DNA of 64,000 bases from a virus (IMGVR_UViG_3300002026_000045:1-64000); one strand, 5' to 3'; shown: positions 21,104 to 31,594, numbered from the stretch's first letter. Made by a program: numbers and translations. The notes: generated by a model from the letters alone, not told the origin.

Positions 21104-21337
21104 TTACATCGTAACGGCTGCGCGGCTACCATTTACATCACGGGCAGAAATGCTGTAGGCAGTTCGGCCAGCGTAATTTACGCGAGTGCGGACTTTCAAT
21201 CCAGACTGACGCAATTCAGTCATTCGCGCACGAAGATTTTTAATCCCATGATGAGCTGATGCTTGGGCAGAGGTAATCTCAACTCCAGTGCCACGCAAGC
21301 GAGACTCGAGCATTTGATTTTGTGTAAGTTTAGCCAT
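21104..21337 (-). CDS. Small winged-HTH DNA-binding protein
   Basis: ITSAQA...GIKNLRARMTELRQSG..V.T. Confidence 0.65.
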   Translation of the reverse strand: MAKLTQNQMLESRLRGTGVEITSAQASAHHGIKNLRARMTELRQSGLKVRTRVNYAGRTAYSISARDVNGSRAAVTM

Positions 21338-21505
21338 TTTAATTTCCTTATAGTTAGTAGTTACGATTTCACGCAACATAGATCAATGATAACAAAGGCG
21401 TAGGTAAAATACAACTATTATTTTGAGCAATCATATCAAAATTCCTGTAAACTAAAAGCATACCTGCCGCGTTATATATGTATGTTAACATATAAAGGAC
21501 ATAAC

Positions 21506-21688
21506 ATGAACAAACTTTTGATCGCTTTAGTTTCTGCTTTTTCTATCACTGCTTTTGCGGCAGCATCAGCACCAGTTGCTGCTACTTCAGCAGCATCAGC
21601 ACCAGCTAAGAAAGTGGTTGTAGAGAAGAAAGTTGCTGCATCTAAGCCAGCTTCTTCAGCAGTTGCGCCAGCATCAGCAGCCAAATAA
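21506..21688 (+). CDS. Small secreted Ala/Lys/Pro-rich periplasmic peptide
   Basis: Signal peptide MNKLLIALVSAFSITAFA then AASAP...KK...ASAAK; AAGGA RBS; terminator follows. Confidence 0.75.
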   Translation: MNKLLIALVSAFSITAFAAASAPVAATSAASAPAKKVVVEKKVAASKPASSAVAPASAAK

Positions 21689-21702
21689 TTTAGGCAGCTT
21701 AA

Positions 21703-21726
21703 GAAAAGGCCCAGTTGGGCCTTTTC
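21703..21726 (+). terminator. Intrinsic terminator
   Basis: gaaaaggccc-agtt-gggccttttc. Confidence 0.75.
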
Positions 21727-21796
21727 CTTTGAAGTAAAACAAATAAGATAATAAAGAAAGTTCATAATGATAAATATCTAATATCGGAGATCTATT

Positions 21797-22210
21797 ATGG
21801 CTATCAAACCAACCCCACCATCGTCAATTAAACAAAAAGCACCTACTAATTTGGGTGGCACTGTTCCAGTTGCTGAGCAAGTTCCAGTTACGTCAGCAGG
21901 TCAAACTTGGGCAAACGGCCCAACTGCCCCAACTGCAACTAATACAAATTCATATGAAATTACAAGATTTCAATTTAGAAAATTGTTTACTCAAACTGAA
22001 AGAATTACTATTGATAATGCGCAGTACAATGCAAACTTTTCTGGCTCTGTTAAGGCAGCAATTTACACAATGCAAAAAGATATGGAAGTTTCTGCTGTTG
22101 TAAATTTGAAATTGTCTGACACAATTGCTGGGATTAATTTCTTAGTAAAGGTTGGAATTTTGACATCAGACCGTGCATTACGCATTTTGGCTAACTTGCC
22201 TCCACTCTAA
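21797..22210 (+). CDS. Tail-fibre-associated protein paralogue (inverted orientation)
   Basis: ITRFQFRKLFTQTERI...GILTSDRALRILAN; late promoter at 21771. Confidence 0.65.
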   Translation: MAIKPTPPSSIKQKAPTNLGGTVPVAEQVPVTSAGQTWANGPTAPTATNTNSYEITRFQFRKLFTQTERITIDNAQYNANFSGSVKAAIYTMQKDMEVSAVVNLKLSDTIAGINFLVKVGILTSDRALRILANLPPL

Positions 22211-22225
22211 TAGAGTACCACTCAG

Positions 22226-22254
22226 AAAAATAGGGCATTAAATGCCCTATTTTT
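22226..22254. terminator. Bidirectional terminator between convergent genes
   Basis: aaaaatagggcatt-a-aatgccctattttt. Confidence 0.8.
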
Positions 22255-22435
22255 ATTCAGTTTCTGTTTTTGACAGTAATACAGATCCGTCTGGTTGCAA
22301 CGACCAACTAAGCATATCACCTTCTTTCCATCCTGTTGATTCAATCACCTCGTCTGGAAATTGTAATATAGCACCCTCAGGATCATTTGGATCTTCTTGT
22401 AACGTAACTTCATACGTTTTCTTACTCATTTGCAT
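22253..22435 (-). CDS. AbrB/MazE-like DNA-binding domain protein
   Basis: ILQFPDEVIESTGWKEGDML.W...DGSVLL. Confidence 0.7.
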   Translation of the reverse strand: MQMSKKTYEVTLQEDPNDPEGAILQFPDEVIESTGWKEGDMLSWSLQPDGSVLLSKTETE

Positions 22436-22703
22436 ACTCCTTAGTTAATGCCGCCAATGTTCTTCTTTGCCCAAGCAAATCAATGCCACATTTCTGTTCG
22501 ATGATTTTTTCTAGCTGGTTATAATCATCACCAAACGAAAACCATTTATGTGTAAATTCCTTTGATACTATGCTGTCAGTACTTGTTGGGCCGTGCAAGT
22601 CAATGTACCCGCTTACTTCCCACATATCAGCAGTAAAGTCAAACACTGCCTTAGTGATGCGTACCGTAGCTTTAGCCTCGTACCAATCTCTGCACCTGCT
22701 CAT
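22422..22703 (-). CDS. Hypothetical protein
   Basis: Coupled ORF. Confidence 0.55.
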   Translation of the reverse strand: MSRCRDWYEAKATVRITKAVFDFTADMWEVSGYIDLHGPTSTDSIVSKEFTHKWFSFGDDYNQLEKIIEQKCGIDLLGQRRTLAALTKEYANE

Positions 22704-22939
22704 CGTGTCATCTCTCTTTCTTCTTCATAAGATTCACTCAGTTCTTCCCAACTGTCTCTACCATCGCGGTAATTTCGTTTAAGATAATCTTTGCCACCGT
22801 CTACGCTTAGGTTACCACATGAGCATGTAACATAGTCATGCCTATGTGTCGAACGAATAACATCGTTGCATTTTAAACATCGTGCTTCGTTAGTAACGAC
22901 AATGGTTGCCGTGTATTTAAAAACTTTTGGCTCGTCCAT
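22700..22939 (-). CDS. Small Zn-binding phage protein
   Basis: CLKC..VIRSTHRHDYVTCSCG...VDGG. Confidence 0.7.
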   Translation of the reverse strand: MDEPKVFKYTATIVVTNEARCLKCNDVIRSTHRHDYVTCSCGNLSVDGGKDYLKRNYRDGRDSWEELSESYEEEREMTR

Positions 22940-24261
22940 TAATAGTATCCTATTCTATAAATTTTACTAGTTACGCCATTTGCGGATATTACTATTCTAA
23001 ACTTAGTTAATGCATTGAAATCATCAACTGGTTGTGTAACATTGGCGTAATCGTCACGAGCCCAATAACCAATGCCAGTCCTAGATATTACTTTTACAAT
23101 TTGCAATTTGCATTCTGCTAAAAATAATGATATCTTAGTTAATTGAGGCTCTGGTTTCCTAGTTTCGCCACCTGTAGTTGCAAGCCAAAACGTTTGATCT
23201 TTTGTTTGCGCAATAATTGCGTCAGTTCGAGACCAATAATTCCCGCCAGTTGGCCATTGGTCAGTGATCACATCAGTTATTGGCTCAAGCGCCATAGTAA
23301 CAGTAGACAAGTTAATTTTGCTAGGTGAGATTAAAAATATTGTTGGATCTTCGCCAATACGATTACTTACTGACAACCAGTTTGTTGCTTCCTGTGCTAC
23401 TTCTAATTTAACTAGTGGCGCAGAAAGTTTGTTTACAATTGATACTATTTTAACAGTGGACAAGACAAAATAATTACCTGTTTTTAAACTTTTAAACAAG
23501 TAGCGTTCTGTTTGGTCTGTGTTAAATGTAACTTCACCAGTTGTATTATACCCACGGGAGTTTGCATACGAGCTTGTAGACAAAAAGTAATATTTACCAA
23601 AGTATTGGCATACTAAATCGTCAGATTCCACTTTAGTAGATAGCAATTCTACTGTATCACCTACCTGCACATCTTTAAGTGGAATTTTTGTGTTTGATTT
23701 TGCAGTTAACGAAACTGCTTCTTGGTATGGCTCAGATAGTTCAGGCAGCAAGATGTTTTTGCCGCTATCCCGCCCCCAAGCACACTTGCCCTGAATAACA
23801 CCATTTACGATAGTTGAACAATCAACAATTCTCGCAAAGTTTTCTGATCCAATTTCAAGTTCAAACCCACGCGGATCTGCCAAGCGCCAAACTACATTGC
23901 CACTTCCTCCCCACCCGCCATACCGACGAACTGACTTAGCAATTTGAAATCCTTCGACGGGATCGTTAGGAATAATCTTTGGGTAGCAGTTAGCCATGAA
24001 CAACATAGTAGCATCCCACTTAGTTGCGCTAGCCCCATATCCGCCACGATGGCCCTCACCAGATACAGTGATGTCGTCGTTTTCGTCAATTGTTACAGTT
24101 GCACCGTGACCATACGCCCAAGAATCTTGAGTTGCCTTGCGTTTTTCAAATGCAGCGTCTTTAGTGTAAGGAGATGCGAATCCAAGTAATCCAGATTCTG
24201 TACTTGCATCATCACGATATTGAATCGTTACATATAGTTTGTTAGGTATTGTCGTTGCCAT
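22939..24261 (-). CDS. Hypothetical phage protein
   Basis: Long ORF; likely start MATTIPNK; DPRGFELEI motif. Confidence 0.7.
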   Translation of the reverse strand: MATTIPNKLYVTIQYRDDASTESGLLGFASPYTKDAAFEKRKATQDSWAYGHGATVTIDENDDITVSGEGHRGGYGASATKWDATMLFMANCYPKIIPNDPVEGFQIAKSVRRYGGWGGSGNVVWRLADPRGFELEIGSENFARIVDCSTIVNGVIQGKCAWGRDSGKNILLPELSEPYQEAVSLTAKSNTKIPLKDVQVGDTVELLSTKVESDDLVCQYFGKYYFLSTSSYANSRGYNTTGEVTFNTDQTERYLFKSLKTGNYFVLSTVKIVSIVNKLSAPLVKLEVAQEATNWLSVSNRIGEDPTIFLISPSKINLSTVTMALEPITDVITDQWPTGGNYWSRTDAIIAQTKDQTFWLATTGGETRKPEPQLTKISLFLAECKLQIVKVISRTGIGYWARDDYANVTQPVDDFNALTKFRIVISANGVTSKIYRIGYY

Positions 24262-24437
24262 TATAATCTTGTTTGTTAGGTATCGGACCACCCTCAAGTT
24301 GCCCGCCACCGTTAAAGAAGTCGTCTACATCTGAATAGTCAATGGGATCGCCAGGCTTACCATAGAAATATTCCATATCAGCATCATTGAACCCAAAATC
24401 CTTTTGCCATCTTAGCCAAGTTTCTTTGTCCATTTCA

Positions 24438-24920
24438 TTAACCCAAAATGCAATAAGTGTTATTAAACAATTTGCGTTGAACAACCCACATGTCTGTCAC
24501 GTCATCTGGATTACGAAGGACAAAGTCACCAACTTTGCACCACTGCTGGTTTAGCAATCCATCCACAGTCTCTCCCCAATGCCCAGTTACATATTGATCG
24601 TTACTACTTTCAAAAAACTGGACTTCATTGTCAGGTTTGGGCTGGCATACCATCCATCCGTCATCGTCAATGTCTAAGACGTCGTACTTTTTGAGCAATG
24701 CTTTTGGCGATTGCTGCCAAGCATCACCAGCTTCACCAATGCAAAACATAGAGCTTGGGCCAATGGGTTCTCTTCCCTCTAACGTGTCAAGCAAAAACTT
24801 ATTTACAATAGTGCGATCAACCATAAGGTTGATCATTGCTTTGGCACGAAGTCCTTTTGTTTTCTTTGCCCTGAGCCAGGTTGTCATTAAATTTTCTCCC
24901 CTTTGACAAACCCACGCCAA
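24438..24920 (-). CDS. Hypothetical protein (PGDYG-like)
   Basis: GDFVLR...D.WVV..KLF..TY. Confidence 0.5.
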   Translation of the reverse strand: MAWVCQRGENLMTTWLRAKKTKGLRAKAMINLMVDRTIVNKFLLDTLEGREPIGPSSMFCIGEAGDAWQQSPKALLKKYDVLDIDDDGWMVCQPKPDNEVQFFESSNDQYVTGHWGETVDGLLNQQWCKVGDFVLRNPDDVTDMWVVQRKLFNNTYCILG

Positions 24921-26311
24921 ATTTTGAACCGTGGAAAACGCATGCTGTAATACTCTTTGTCCTCACTCTTAGTGATTGCATCAGCACGGACTTCACCAAT
25001 ACGGCCAACAATGTCCTCGCCCTCAGGCTGCTCAGTAAATGTAACCCATTTCTTGTCAACCTTCTTTTGCCACGTTACTGGCTTACCGGTATGAGTTGCC
25101 CAAATTTGGGCACGTTGTTGGATACTAAAACCACCACCACAGTGTACTCGCACAAACTTGTCACCAACTGTTCCCTCAAACACTACAGCGCCCATTGTGC
25201 CTTCAAACTTGCTACCAACCTTGCCTTCTTCAACATCCACCGCAGTAAGCGATTCTTCAATGAACGGTTTCATTTTTAGCCAGTTCTTAGAACGCTTGCA
25301 CTCGTAGACAGCATCTGGATCTTTAAGCATAATACCTTCGTATTTGCCATTCAGTGCTTTTTCGTTAATTTCAAGCAAACGCTTTTTGCCAGCGTCCGTA
25401 TCCAAATCAACCATTTCGCAGCCAACAACTGTTACGTTGGGCATAGATGCAGAGATTTTCTCATACCAAGTTTGCAAAGAAAAAGTACGATCTTTTTGCT
25501 TGTGTGTACCAGCACCAGTTTGAAATTCACGCAATGTAATAATATCAAACAAGTTCAAAACTGCGTCATCTGTTTGCACATCAGTTTTACGACGAGCTTG
25601 CTTCATCAAATCTTGAAACGATGCGGACATAACTTCGCCGTCTAGTACCACAGGCTCAGCAAAGAACACAGAATTGCGTGAAATTTGCTCTTTAATTTTA
25701 CCAAAGTTGAGCATTTCCTTGCCGTTACGTGAATATTGATCCACTTTACCATTTGGGTAAACAATAGTCAACACACGTTGGCCGTCTAACTTGCAATCAA
25801 TGAGTTTTTTACCGTTAAGTAGTGACTCATCTACGTTGCCGTCATCATCAACGCAGTCTTTGGCCAATTGGCATTCAAAAACTGGGATAGCATACTGCGG
25901 GAATTTCTTTTCGCATGCTTTGTTAACTGTGCTTTCGCTAAAGCCAGCCTTCAAATCCTTAATAAGGACAAGGCGGTACCAGTTGTTCCATTCTTCCTCA
26001 GTTGCCTGATTGCGAATGTAACCAATTGCGACTTGCGCTGCATCGCCTGTCAGCTCGCGCATTGACAGCTTTTGGCACAGTTCAAAAAACTTTACTGGGT
26101 CAACACCACGTGGCTCAGGTTCGCTAGCACGTTTAACTGGTTTGGTCTCAACTGCTTTGACGCCAAAAGTGATCATTGGGTCATATGCGCAACGTACACC
26201 TTTGAAAAAGTTGTCGTTAGTTGCTTTCGCTTCGCGCTCAATTATTGCTTGTTTTTCGTTCTTGCTGTCAGTTGCAGTAATTTCTGCAAGGATAGTCCAG
26301 GGTTTATTCAT
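24887..26311 (-). CDS. lig: ATP-dependent DNA ligase
   Basis: KLDGQR, SRNGK, LDGEV, EGIMLK, KRSKNWLKMKP, SMRFPRF. Confidence 0.95.
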   Translation of the reverse strand: MNKPWTILAEITATDSKNEKQAIIEREAKATNDNFFKGVRCAYDPMITFGVKAVETKPVKRASEPEPRGVDPVKFFELCQKLSMRELTGDAAQVAIGYIRNQATEEEWNNWYRLVLIKDLKAGFSESTVNKACEKKFPQYAIPVFECQLAKDCVDDDGNVDESLLNGKKLIDCKLDGQRVLTIVYPNGKVDQYSRNGKEMLNFGKIKEQISRNSVFFAEPVVLDGEVMSASFQDLMKQARRKTDVQTDDAVLNLFDIITLREFQTGAGTHKQKDRTFSLQTWYEKISASMPNVTVVGCEMVDLDTDAGKKRLLEINEKALNGKYEGIMLKDPDAVYECKRSKNWLKMKPFIEESLTAVDVEEGKVGSKFEGTMGAVVFEGTVGDKFVRVHCGGGFSIQQRAQIWATHTGKPVTWQKKVDKKWVTFTEQPEGEDIVGRIGEVRADAITKSEDKEYYSMRFPRFKIWRGFVKGEKI

Positions 26312-26340
26312 TTATTCAGTATCCTTTAAGGTATGAGTAT

Positions 26341-26369
26341 ATTATAACGTGCGGTGGCGTCAATGTCAA
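26341..26369 (-). promoter_or_regulatory. sigma70 promoter for DNA ligase
   Basis: TTGACA-N17-TATAAT. Confidence 0.8.
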
Positions 26370-26420
26370 GTGCTTTTTGATTATTTTGCTGCGGAATGTA
26401 AAACCAGGCTAAATATTATT

Positions 26421-27020
26421 ATGATATACTTATACGTTAAAACACACAATCAAACTGGGTTGCAATATTTAGGCAAAACCACAGCGAAAGATCCTCACAA
26501 ATATCCCGGTTCTGGAAAATACTGGAAATTGCATTTAGCCAAACATGGCGTTGATTACACGACACAGATACTATTTGAGTCAAATGATTTGTCAGAAATA
26601 AAAGAAAAAGGAATTTACTATAGCCAATTGTGGGACATAGTCAAAAGCGACAACTGGGCGAATCTTAAAGAAGAGCAAGGTGATGGTGGTGCCAATGCTC
26701 ATTCCTTGGAATCTAATAAAAAACGATCAGACACATTAAAAGGTAGAACTATTACTGCTGACCACCGTCGTAAATTGTCAGAGGCAAACAAAGGCAGATA
26801 TTTTCATAGCGAAGAAACAAAGAAGTTAGCATCACAAAAAGCATCAATTAAACTCAAGGGGAAAAAGAAACCGCCAGGGTTTGCAGAGGCAGTTGGTGAT
26901 CGGTTGCGTGGCACAACCCTGTCAGACAGCACAAAGGAAAAGATGAGAGCAGCATGGACGCCAGAACGCCGTGCCGCCCAAGCAGAACGTAGGCGATTGC
27001 AGAACTTAGCTCGAAAGTAA
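26421..27020 (+). mobile_element. Free-standing GIY-YIG-like homing endonuclease with NUMOD3-like repeats
   Basis: IYLYVKTH..TGLQYLGKT...YPGSG.YW...WANL..E.GDGG; HRRKLSEA; opposite strand to neighbours. Confidence 0.85.
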
Positions 27021-27341
27021 GTGTTTGCAAGTCCCCCTCCATTTAAATCCAGCACAAGTGCAGGTTTTTGCTTCTGGGTCAACGTAATACGTTTCGCCCT
27101 TACTGCCTTTGACCTCAACTAGTGTAGGGTCGCTTGCCTCTTCTTTTGCAATTTTGAACGGGCTTTTGCTAAGTTTTTCAAATACGCGGCCACGCTTGTC
27201 AATTGTCATTGGCTTTGTGAAGTAGGTAGTCTCAGCTCTGAAATTGCGGAACGCCAAACACTTATTACCTTCAAGCAAATACACGCCATTTTTGGCAGCA
27301 GCGCCCTTCCAAACAGTAGTCTCAAGAAATGCTTCAGCCAT
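27006..27341 (-). CDS. SWIM zinc-finger protein
   Basis: GSKGETYYV...CTCAGFKWRGTCKH. Confidence 0.8.
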   Translation of the reverse strand: MAEAFLETTVWKGAAAKNGVYLLEGNKCLAFRNFRAETTYFTKPMTIDKRGRVFEKLSKSPFKIAKEEASDPTLVEVKGSKGETYYVDPEAKTCTCAGFKWRGTCKHLLSS

Positions 27342-27342
27342 A

Positions 27343-27597
27343 TCATGCCGCCTTTGCTGTTAATTCAAATGCAATAACGTTACCACTTTGTTTGTAACCA
27401 CGGTTGTATTCTTCCCATGGCTGACGGCTAGTAATAGTAACTAGCCCTTGCTCTTCCAACGCAAACAATGCGTCACGGGCACGAGCGCCGTGCGTGACAC
27501 GCCCACCGTGTGAACCGCGGCCGTGGCAAGTTGCGATACTGTAACGGCCATTGCGAGCACGGGCAAATTCAAGCAGTTGGGTTTGTGTCTTTGTCAT
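27343..27597 (-). CDS. Hypothetical early protein (probably leaderless)
   Basis: MTKTQ start 6 nt downstream of the -10 of promoter TTGACT-N17-TATAAT (27604-27632). Confidence 0.6.
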   Translation of the reverse strand: MTKTQTQLLEFARARNGRYSIATCHGRGSHGGRVTHGARARDALFALEEQGLVTITSRQPWEEYNRGYKQSGNVIAFELTAKAA

Positions 27598-27628
27598 GTA
27601 TGTATTATACAGCCAAAAGAGCCGAAAG

Positions 27629-27883
27629 TCAAGCCGTGATTTCGTAATACTCACCCGCGTACCCGTTTGCAGCGGCGTTATTCACAGCCTTATTGAGATT
27701 AGACACCAAACTTACAGCAGACTTGGGCTTACGGTTAATCTTTTTGTTGCCCTTTTCATGTTGCCAGGACTCACCTTTTTCTAAGGTATATGAGAACATT
27801 TGTACAAGTTCCTCAACGGTACCTGTGAAAGTAAGTGCAGTGCCACGATCGCGAGTTTTGGTGATAGTGTATGTTTTGTTCAT
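27629..27883 (-). CDS. Hypothetical early protein
   Basis: ORF with RBS. Confidence 0.6.
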   Translation of the reverse strand: MNKTYTITKTRDRGTALTFTGTVEELVQMFSYTLEKGESWQHEKGNKKINRKPKSAVSLVSNLNKAVNNAAANGYAGEYYEITA

Positions 27884-28125
27884 TTAAAATCCTGCGTAGT
27901 CGCCTAATTTCAGTTAAAAATCAAGCAATATCACTGACTAAAAAGAAAGGGATGGCAGTGTCTTGCTCTGACGAGTTAATAACATTGGCAATTGCTTCGC
28001 TCAAGCACAGAGCTTGATTTCCAAGCGTCGTTTCGCCCATGTCAAACAATTTGTCGTACATGTCATCAAGTTGTACCAACATCTCTGTGAGCATTGTTTG
28101 GTTATCCATAATCTACTCCAATTAA

Positions 28126-28545
28126 TTATGCTGTTTCATTTGCTGTTTTAAGTGCTGACTCTAGTGTCATCCAGCCATGGAACCCGTTGCTAAAATACCA
28201 CACTCCATCTTTCATAACATAGTAAAAATTTTCTTCATAGTAATCAAACATCTCTTGATCGCTGTCGAAAACTTGGTATTCCTGATCTGTGTCCCCACGA
28301 TCACGCCCGAAGAACACTGTGACGCCGCGCTCTGGGGTATCAATGCAGTGGTAGTCGCAGTTGGCAACGACAGAGTGTCCCAGGCTGCTAATTGAGCCAA
28401 GTGACACTAGGTGATTTGCTTTAGCAGAATCGTAGTGTTTAAGCAACAGATCTCCATTATGCTCAAGATATCCATCCCAGTGGCAATAAACTGCTTTGCA
28501 CTTGTCGCCATGCATAACGCCAATAACTGAATGTGTACTCATCAT
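28126..28545 (-). CDS. Conserved hypothetical phage protein
   Basis: YCHWDGY...G..L..HY motif. Confidence 0.65.
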   Translation of the reverse strand: MMSTHSVIGVMHGDKCKAVYCHWDGYLEHNGDLLLKHYDSAKANHLVSLGSISSLGHSVVANCDYHCIDTPERGVTVFFGRDRGDTDQEYQVFDSDQEMFDYYEENFYYVMKDGVWYFSNGFHGWMTLESALKTANETA

Positions 28546-28815
28546 ACTTCCTTTGTTGCTATGTCGCGAAATACTTGACTGTCAATTGCCGTAACGCAAC
28601 ATGTCAACTGGCATAAGCAAATTTTCAATGTCGTTGCACACTTCAGCGTAAGGTTTTGCAATCTCCCATCCGCCGTTATTATGCATTCCGTCGATTAAAT
28701 TGCAAAATTTAGGGTTTGAACTTTCACAAACTGCAACTTGAGACGCTGAATGCAAGAACAATGTTACTTTGCGCCCTGACGACAACAGAAAAGTGATGTT
28801 TTTCATTTGTTTTCC

Positions 28816-29229
28816 TTACACTGTACCAGCAGCTACTAACTTTTGGGCTGCGGTAGTAGAGAGTTTGTACCTCTTGCCACCAGTTGTTTGCACAATAAAC
28901 GGGTAAGCATGAGCACGGCTATTGTAACCAACAAACTTCACAGTGCCAAGTGTCAGTGAATGAAACTTGTCAGTGTCGTTGATGCTTGGGTGGCCCAGCA
29001 GACGGGCACCTTTAGTAAAGAATGCAACCAATTTGGGGTCAGTGGGAGTAGCGGTAGACGTGCCACCAGCACCGCGCACAGTGCCAGACAGCTTGCCACT
29101 CATTGTATCGTTGCCAAAACGGATAGTACCCAAGTTAAAATCCACACCATGTTTTGCTGCAACGGCAGCCATAGCGGTAGCAAGATCAGCACGAATCTGT
29201 GCAACCATGGATTTTGTAAGTGTAGCCAT
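28816..29229 (-). CDS. Hypothetical early protein
   Basis: Directly behind promoter copy 2; AGGAG RBS. Confidence 0.65.
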   Translation of the reverse strand: MATLTKSMVAQIRADLATAMAAVAAKHGVDFNLGTIRFGNDTMSGKLSGTVRGAGGTSTATPTDPKLVAFFTKGARLLGHPSINDTDKFHSLTLGTVKFVGYNSRAHAYPFIVQTTGGKRYKLSTTAAQKLVAAGTV

Positions 29230-29263
29230 TTAAAACTCCTTTATTGTTTGCTGCTAAGTCGTT

Positions 29264-29292
29264 ATTATAACACCGAAATGCTTGACCGTCAA
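29264..29292 (-). promoter_or_regulatory. Repeated early promoter, copy 2
   Basis: TTGACG-gtcaagcatttcggtgt-TATAAT. Confidence 0.88.
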
Positions 29293-29717
29293 CTACTAAT
29301 TAACCAAGAACGCAACGAACAGTAACCGCTGGGTGACCAAAACTACGGGGGCTGTTGCTGCCCTTAGTAAGGTTAACATTTTCCTTACCGCATGCTTCTT
29401 GCAAAGCAGTTAACATAGCCAAATTGCCGTGATAGTATGCTTTTACGCGCCGGATATTACCAGGATTCCCTGCAGATTTGTTGGTGTACATTAGCTTTAC
29501 ACCGTTTGCTTGCATGATGTTGCGGACTTGGGTAGTAGTAAGTAAGTTCATTTTATTTCTTCCAAGAGTCAATAAGGTTAACACATTCTTCTAGAGTGCT
29601 AAGACGCGTCACCAACAGCATCGTGTCAGTGAAAATAGTGAAACCACGAGCACTAATATCAATTACATAACCTTTGTACATATAATCCTTTGTGTGTTTC
29701 TTTGCTGCTATGTCGTT

Positions 29718-29746
29718 ATTATAACACCGAAATACTTGACTGTCAA
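29718..29746 (-). promoter_or_regulatory. Repeated early promoter, copy 3
   Basis: TTGACA-gtcaagtatttcggtgt-TATAAT. Confidence 0.9.
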
Positions 29747-30002
29747 CTGTTTTTACCGTGACCTGCCCATGTAGTTAACTTGCATGTACCAGTCTGGTGC
29801 AGGGCCATCTGGATTCTGGGCGTTATATTGCTTGCAAAAAGCAATTGCTTCGGGCTCGTTGTCAAAATACTTTGTTTCGTCAATTTTTTGCCCCCAACCG
29901 CGTTCACTTTCAATAATGTCTACGCGAAACAAAACTTGTGGTGTAACTTGTGCCATTTTGAACTCCTTTTGTTAACTTTCCCTTCAGTTTCATTATAACA
30001 GA

Positions 30003-30025
30003 AAAGCCCCACTTAGTGGGGCTTT
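30003..30025 (-). terminator. Intrinsic terminator
   Basis: aaagccccac-tta-gtggggcttt. Confidence 0.75.
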
Positions 30026-30041
30026 ATTGCAGTAAGTGTTG

Positions 30042-30410
30042 TTATTCTGCCACAGGCTCTGCTTCAGCAGCACGAGCAACAAGCTCAGCCAATTTAGCTG
30101 CTTTGTCAACTGCTTTCACAGGTTTTTCCTTCTTGGGTGCCTTTGCTTTGACAACCGCGGGCTTGCTCAACTTAGCATACATTGCTGCACGTTCGTCAAT
30201 CGCTTCCTTAAATTCCTGGTTTTGATACAACGGTGTAGTTTTCAGAAACTCCACCAATGCGGGCTTTTCCATCGCAGATGGCGCCTCAATCAACTCAATA
30301 TCAGTATTGCCTGCCTTAGACAAGCCCTTGACATACATAAGGTCATGTGCGAAACGGACCTTAACTTCACCACCAAGACGAGAAACACCTGCAACTGTAT
30401 ATGTACTCAT
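30042..30410 (-). CDS. Hypothetical phage protein with Lys/Ala-rich tail
   Basis: VAGVS...KVRFA; own RBS and terminator. Confidence 0.7.
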   Translation of the reverse strand: MSTYTVAGVSRLGGEVKVRFAHDLMYVKGLSKAGNTDIELIEAPSAMEKPALVEFLKTTPLYQNQEFKEAIDERAAMYAKLSKPAVVKAKAPKKEKPVKAVDKAAKLAELVARAAEAEPVAE

Positions 30411-30834
30411 AACTAACTCCTATTTAGATTAAAAACACATGAAGCACTATTGCGTCATGCTTTAGTGTAAATGATTTTGAACGTTAAGTCAACTGTATCT
30501 TGTGACATTTTAACCAAAACCATGTTACTCTGTTGTCCCTACGCAACACTTAGCGCGGGGGTTGAGTGGCAGCATCCTTAACGGGCTCAACCACTGTGCA
30601 TTTGATGTAGACATTACCAACTTTGGCAAGATTTACTTGCTGACAGTCAGAAACTACTGTTTTATTAGTGTAATACGCCCCAACCATTGATCCAATTACT
30701 GCAATTACTGCAATCTCTGAGATCAACGTTACTGCCGCAGTCACTGATTTGCCAAGCATAGTTGCCATAGATCGCAACGGGCTCTCGTTTTTATCTTTAA
30801 TTTCAAGTTCTGGGATTTCAGTCATAGTTTCTCC

Positions 30835-31185
30835 TTAGTGAACAGTTTCAAACAACTTTTCCTCGGCTGCCCATTGGGCTTGCCGCGCAGCAACCATATC
30901 TGGTGCAGATTCCTTGACGATCCATGCTTGGACGTCAGCGCGAGTTACGTGAAATTTGGGACGGAACCCGTTGACGTCTTTATACCAGTCGCTAAACAAA
31001 TTAGCTAGGTCTGGGTCAACATCTACGCAATGAGCATCAGCACCAGCGGCGTGTTCAAGCATTTTAACTAATGTTTCATACATTGTGAGCACTTTGGCGC
31101 GGCGTGCGCTATCTGGCTTGCAGCGATAAAAAACGTCCAAAATGCGACGTTGGCGGGCTTGTAGAGTGTTAATTGTTTCGTCCAT
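30835..31185 (-). CDS. Hypothetical early protein (probably leaderless)
   Basis: SDWYKDVNGFRP motif; ATG 5 nt after the -10 of promoter 31191-31219. Confidence 0.65.
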   Translation of the reverse strand: MDETINTLQARQRRILDVFYRCKPDSARRAKVLTMYETLVKMLEHAAGADAHCVDVDPDLANLFSDWYKDVNGFRPKFHVTRADVQAWIVKESAPDMVAARQAQWAAEEKLFETVH

Positions 31186-31374
31186 GTGGTATTATAGCGT
31201 ATTTTGAGTTGATAGTCAACCAGATTTTACTTAAATTCCCAAAAAAGTTTTGAATTTGTTTGCTTGCGCTTATTCCAGTATGGGATAGCATACTCAAGGT
31301 TTGATTCGACCACAATTGCAGTCAATCTGCCACTGCAATCACGAGCTTTTGAAGCGTACACGTACATTTTCATG

Positions 31375-31554
31375 TTACATCCTTTGCAGTTTAAGGCGCC
31401 AAAATGTGCGCCATTGGCGTGAAATTTTTGTACGGTGCAAACTTGCTGTACCTATGCGCAGTTTTTTGTCGATAAACCGTGCAATTTTGGCTGGGCGTTG
31501 TTTTTGCCCAGCCAGCATTTGAATTGCTATTCGTTCATAAGTGCGTGTCATCAT
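31375..31554 (-). CDS. Small basic protein (59 aa, not in the ORF track)
   Basis: MMTRTYERIAIQMLAGQKQRPAK...; promoter TTGACT-N17-TATAAT at 31562-31590. Confidence 0.5.
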   Translation of the reverse strand: MMTRTYERIAIQMLAGQKQRPAKIARFIDKKLRIGTASLHRTKISRQWRTFWRLKLQRM

Positions 31555-31594
31555 AAGTGCAATTATACTGCACTTTGATTATGAAGTCAACCTA

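Noticed and set aside
22253-22703. AbrB/MazE-like gene as part of a toxin-antitoxin pair
   Set aside because: No recognisable toxin next to it, and it is the last gene before a terminator
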